From contig ADNK01000104.1 of NCBI GenBank assembly GCA_000320545.1, forward strand, positions 1-64,000: a stretch of DNA of 64,000 bases, read 5' to 3'. This DNA comes from Bigelowiella natans CCMP2755. Its lineage: Eukaryota > Protista > Cercozoa. Under the pieces are notes generated by a model. That model was not told the DNA's origin, searched no databases, and saw nothing but the letters and a program-made list of their open reading frames with translations. The position numbers and the translations under genes were made by a program. Numbering within the stretch: the first letter of the stretch is position 1; each line of letters opens with the position of its first letter. Of the stretch, positions 61,400-64,000 are shown piece after piece.

Positions 61400-62800
61400 G
61401 ATTCACAGTAATCTACAGTTGCTTCGGGTAGGGGCATTTCGATTTGTTCTTGGTAAGTGTCCCATTGATTTTCTGTTACATTTGCAAGGCATTGAGCATG
61501 TTGATCTGACCTACCGCTGTTGTGTTTGCACACACCGCTGTTGCACTCACGGTGATCCAACCCACCGCCATTGTGTTTGCGGTGATCTGAACCACCGTCA
61601 TTGTGTTCACAGTGATCCAACCCACCGCCATCAAACACGTCCACGTGAAAAGTGTTCACGGTTGCACTTCATTCTTTTGGACACAGTCTCGAAAGAAAGA
61701 AAGAAAGAAAAGCTGTCATCATTGTTGAACGACCTGAACACACCTCCAAAGTGAGTTGCTCAAATTTCAACACAATCCATTTGGCCAAAACGAAGCAAGA
61801 CATCCAACACACACACCCTGCTCACTCTCATTCCTCGCACGTGATTTGCGTTTGATTGGTGTTGCACACATTGACGTGTTCATTGCGTCCGTCTCAGTGC
61901 GTGCAGGGATGATGACAAGAAACGCATTCACAGTCGACGAAAGAGCAAAGATGTGTCTTGTACACACGCTGATCATGACGGACACAGCAATGGGATGTGC
62001 AATGTGTGCTGCGTGCATCACATTGTTGCGTGTCCATTTGTCAAAGACAGACACAGTGCATGGTGAGGTGTGCCAGCTGGCCAGTGTGTGATCCAGTGAT
62101 GCAATGCATCGTGTTGAAGGCATGCTAGCATGTCCATCATGCTGCACTGGTGCGTGCGCACAGATGGCAACAATCGCCTCAAACAAGTGTGCATGTGCAA
62201 GAGCCAGACTTGGCACGTGCAGGCCGACGGAGGTTTGCACGCGATGCACGTGCCATCGTCGCATCGCGATTGCGCTAGCGCAGCACCGACCATCGATCGT
62301 GCATGTTGCAAGTGCACCGGGTTGCAGCATCACAGGTCTAGCAGATGTCTTGCTTTGCGCACACCATTAGGAAGTGCAGATGGACCACGCTCGTGCGACC
62401 GGCGCACGTGGAGAGTTGAATGATGGCCAGCCTGATCATTTTGCTAGCTTGGCTGTCAGCCAAAAGTGAAAGATCTAAATCAACTTCTGTGGTCATTTCG
62501 AGTAAAAATGTGCGAAAAACAACATTGGGAAGTGAAGCGTCGTCGAAAACGAAAAGGGATTCTTGTTATTTCACATCAATGTAGTTCGTACAAATGTGTT
62601 TGTTGCACTTGCGGTGCGGATGTTCATTTTGTCAGCAGAGCGAGGCTCTCGCGAGCGCGAGGTTCCACATTGCATTGTAAGAGTTTTTGTGAATAGTTTG
62701 CATGCAAGCATGTGTGTGCTCTAAACGCGCACGCTACAAATGTCAGAGCCAGCGAACTTGAAACGCTACATACCTCGCTTAGCTACATCACAAGCAAACA
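61400..62800. repeat. Strongly TpA-depleted intergenic island, including a 30-bp tandem repeat at 61541-61630
   Basis: 7 TA in 61501-62460 (960 nt, manual count), 4 of them in CTAG. Confidence 0.7.
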
Positions 62801-63229
62801 CGGACACATGCTATTTTTCATTCACGCAAAGTAAAAACATATGCGATTATAAGGGATAAAAATTTTAAAACTTCATCAGAGAGCTTACTTTCCCACGGAT
62901 TAAGCTGCGCGCTTTATTTAGAACAAGTAGCCGACCAGCGGCTACTTTTAGTAGTGGATGTATCCCTCATCATGAGCGGTCGGGTACTTGAGTGCATGCT
63001 ACCAGTCTTAAGAAGAAGACGGATCATACTGGCCACTTCTTGCTGCTATTTCATTGCTGCTATCTCATTCCTGCTTGCTTCGACTCCGTTCCTTCGATTA
63101 ACCACGCGTGCCGCCGCTGATAAAGGAAAATGGTGGGCAACACATTAGGGAGTAATCATGCCACTCAGTACATGTGCGGATCTATGTGTGACAGTTGTAA
63201 GAGCATTTTCTTCGTCACTAACGCGTCAC

Positions 63230-64000
63230 TTACATAACGTTGCCCCCCGAGATGTTAAGATCGACACCAGTCATATAGGAGGCTTCGTCGGAGAGGAGGA
63301 AGAGCGCTGCGTTTATCACTTCCTCGACATCTCCAGCCCGGCGCATGAGCACGGAGCCTGACGACCAGAACACAGAATCATTGTTTGTGACTGCAATGCT
63401 TATGTGATGACGATAAAAGGGTGAAGGACGCTTGCTCTTCCTTTCTTTCTTCTTTCTTTCTTTGTGCCGTAACCCAAATGGGGAAAAAATGAGAGAGGTC
63501 TTCGACAGCAGCACAGTTTTTCGTTTCGACACAAACGAGATCTTCTAACGTTGCCAAAGATGACGGACGATGCACTCTCCCACGCCCTACCCCCACTACT
63601 CCCCACCGACCTAACATCTGCTTCTCGACGACATCGATGTCGTTGGAGAAGTAGAATTCTGGGTGCCCGGTCGGATTTCCATCAGCTTGGAGCTGAACCT
63701 GGAAGGTGGGGTGGAGCAAGACATCCAACGACGACAGAAGTTAGATTTGATATACGGAAGAAGCCGGTCCCCGCCACCATCTCTCATTGGAAATATTGCA
63801 TCCTCGCCTCAATTTATTTACATTATTATATTATATGATGTGCAGGAAATACTGGATTATTTCCAACAATCATCAGCGATTCTACTCCCCAAAACGTCGT
63901 GCGGTGTGAAATTCAACGACGATTCTGATTCTCTACACAACCACTATGATCGTGTTGCCATCTTGGGAAGTCAACGTATTATAATTTTCGCGAATAACCT
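63230..64000 (-). CDS. Short-chain dehydrogenase/reductase (FabG-like), 3' part only
   Basis: Last exon MRRAGDVEEVINAALFLLSDEASYMTGVDLNISGGNVM* is the classical SDR C-terminus. An upstream exon reads PEFYFSNDIDVVEKQMLG. Confidence 0.85.

Noticed and set aside
61756-62423. Overlapping Cys/His-rich ORFs as metal-binding proteins
   Set aside because: Explained by the lack of TA: few TAA/TAG stops and an excess of TGY/CAY codons in all frames.

Overview
Eukaryotic, intron-rich nuclear DNA. Most listed ORFs are artefacts of microsatellite-filled introns. Bipartite-looking N-termini, an algal DUF4336 gene and the gene architecture suggest a secondary-plastid alga, probably a chlorarachniophyte (inference only). 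Multi-exon genes reconstructed by eye, in order: DUF4336 protein, six-finger C2H2 transcription factor, cytochrome P450, LYR-motif protein, mitochondrial uL24, TPR-like hypothetical, a signal-peptide/LRGG/basic protein, RFC1 with an extra WWE domain, a Crinkler/RHS-type NTPase-REase, pepsin-family aspartic protease, a hypothetical, ABCG half-transporter, a GT8-like protein with degenerate catalytic motifs, and the 3' end of an SDR. The most striking signal is compositional. Several intergenic repeat or pseudogene islands (about 11.2-12.3, 35.4-36.0, 39.5-40.4, 55.5-57.0 and 61.4-62.8 kb) are strongly depleted of TpA, nearly devoid of it in the last three. They are rich in TpG/CpA, keep CpG, and keep TpA mainly inside CTAG. 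Over a 40-nt core, two inverted copies of one repeat differ only at TA->TG/CA sites. This suggests a repeat-targeted TpA hypermutation running opposite to fungal RIP. The same inverted repeats enclose the Crinkler-type gene, a hairpin/iteron structure and an AT-rich SF1 helicase-HNH remnant, together a candidate composite mobile element. All exon boundaries and counts are manual.
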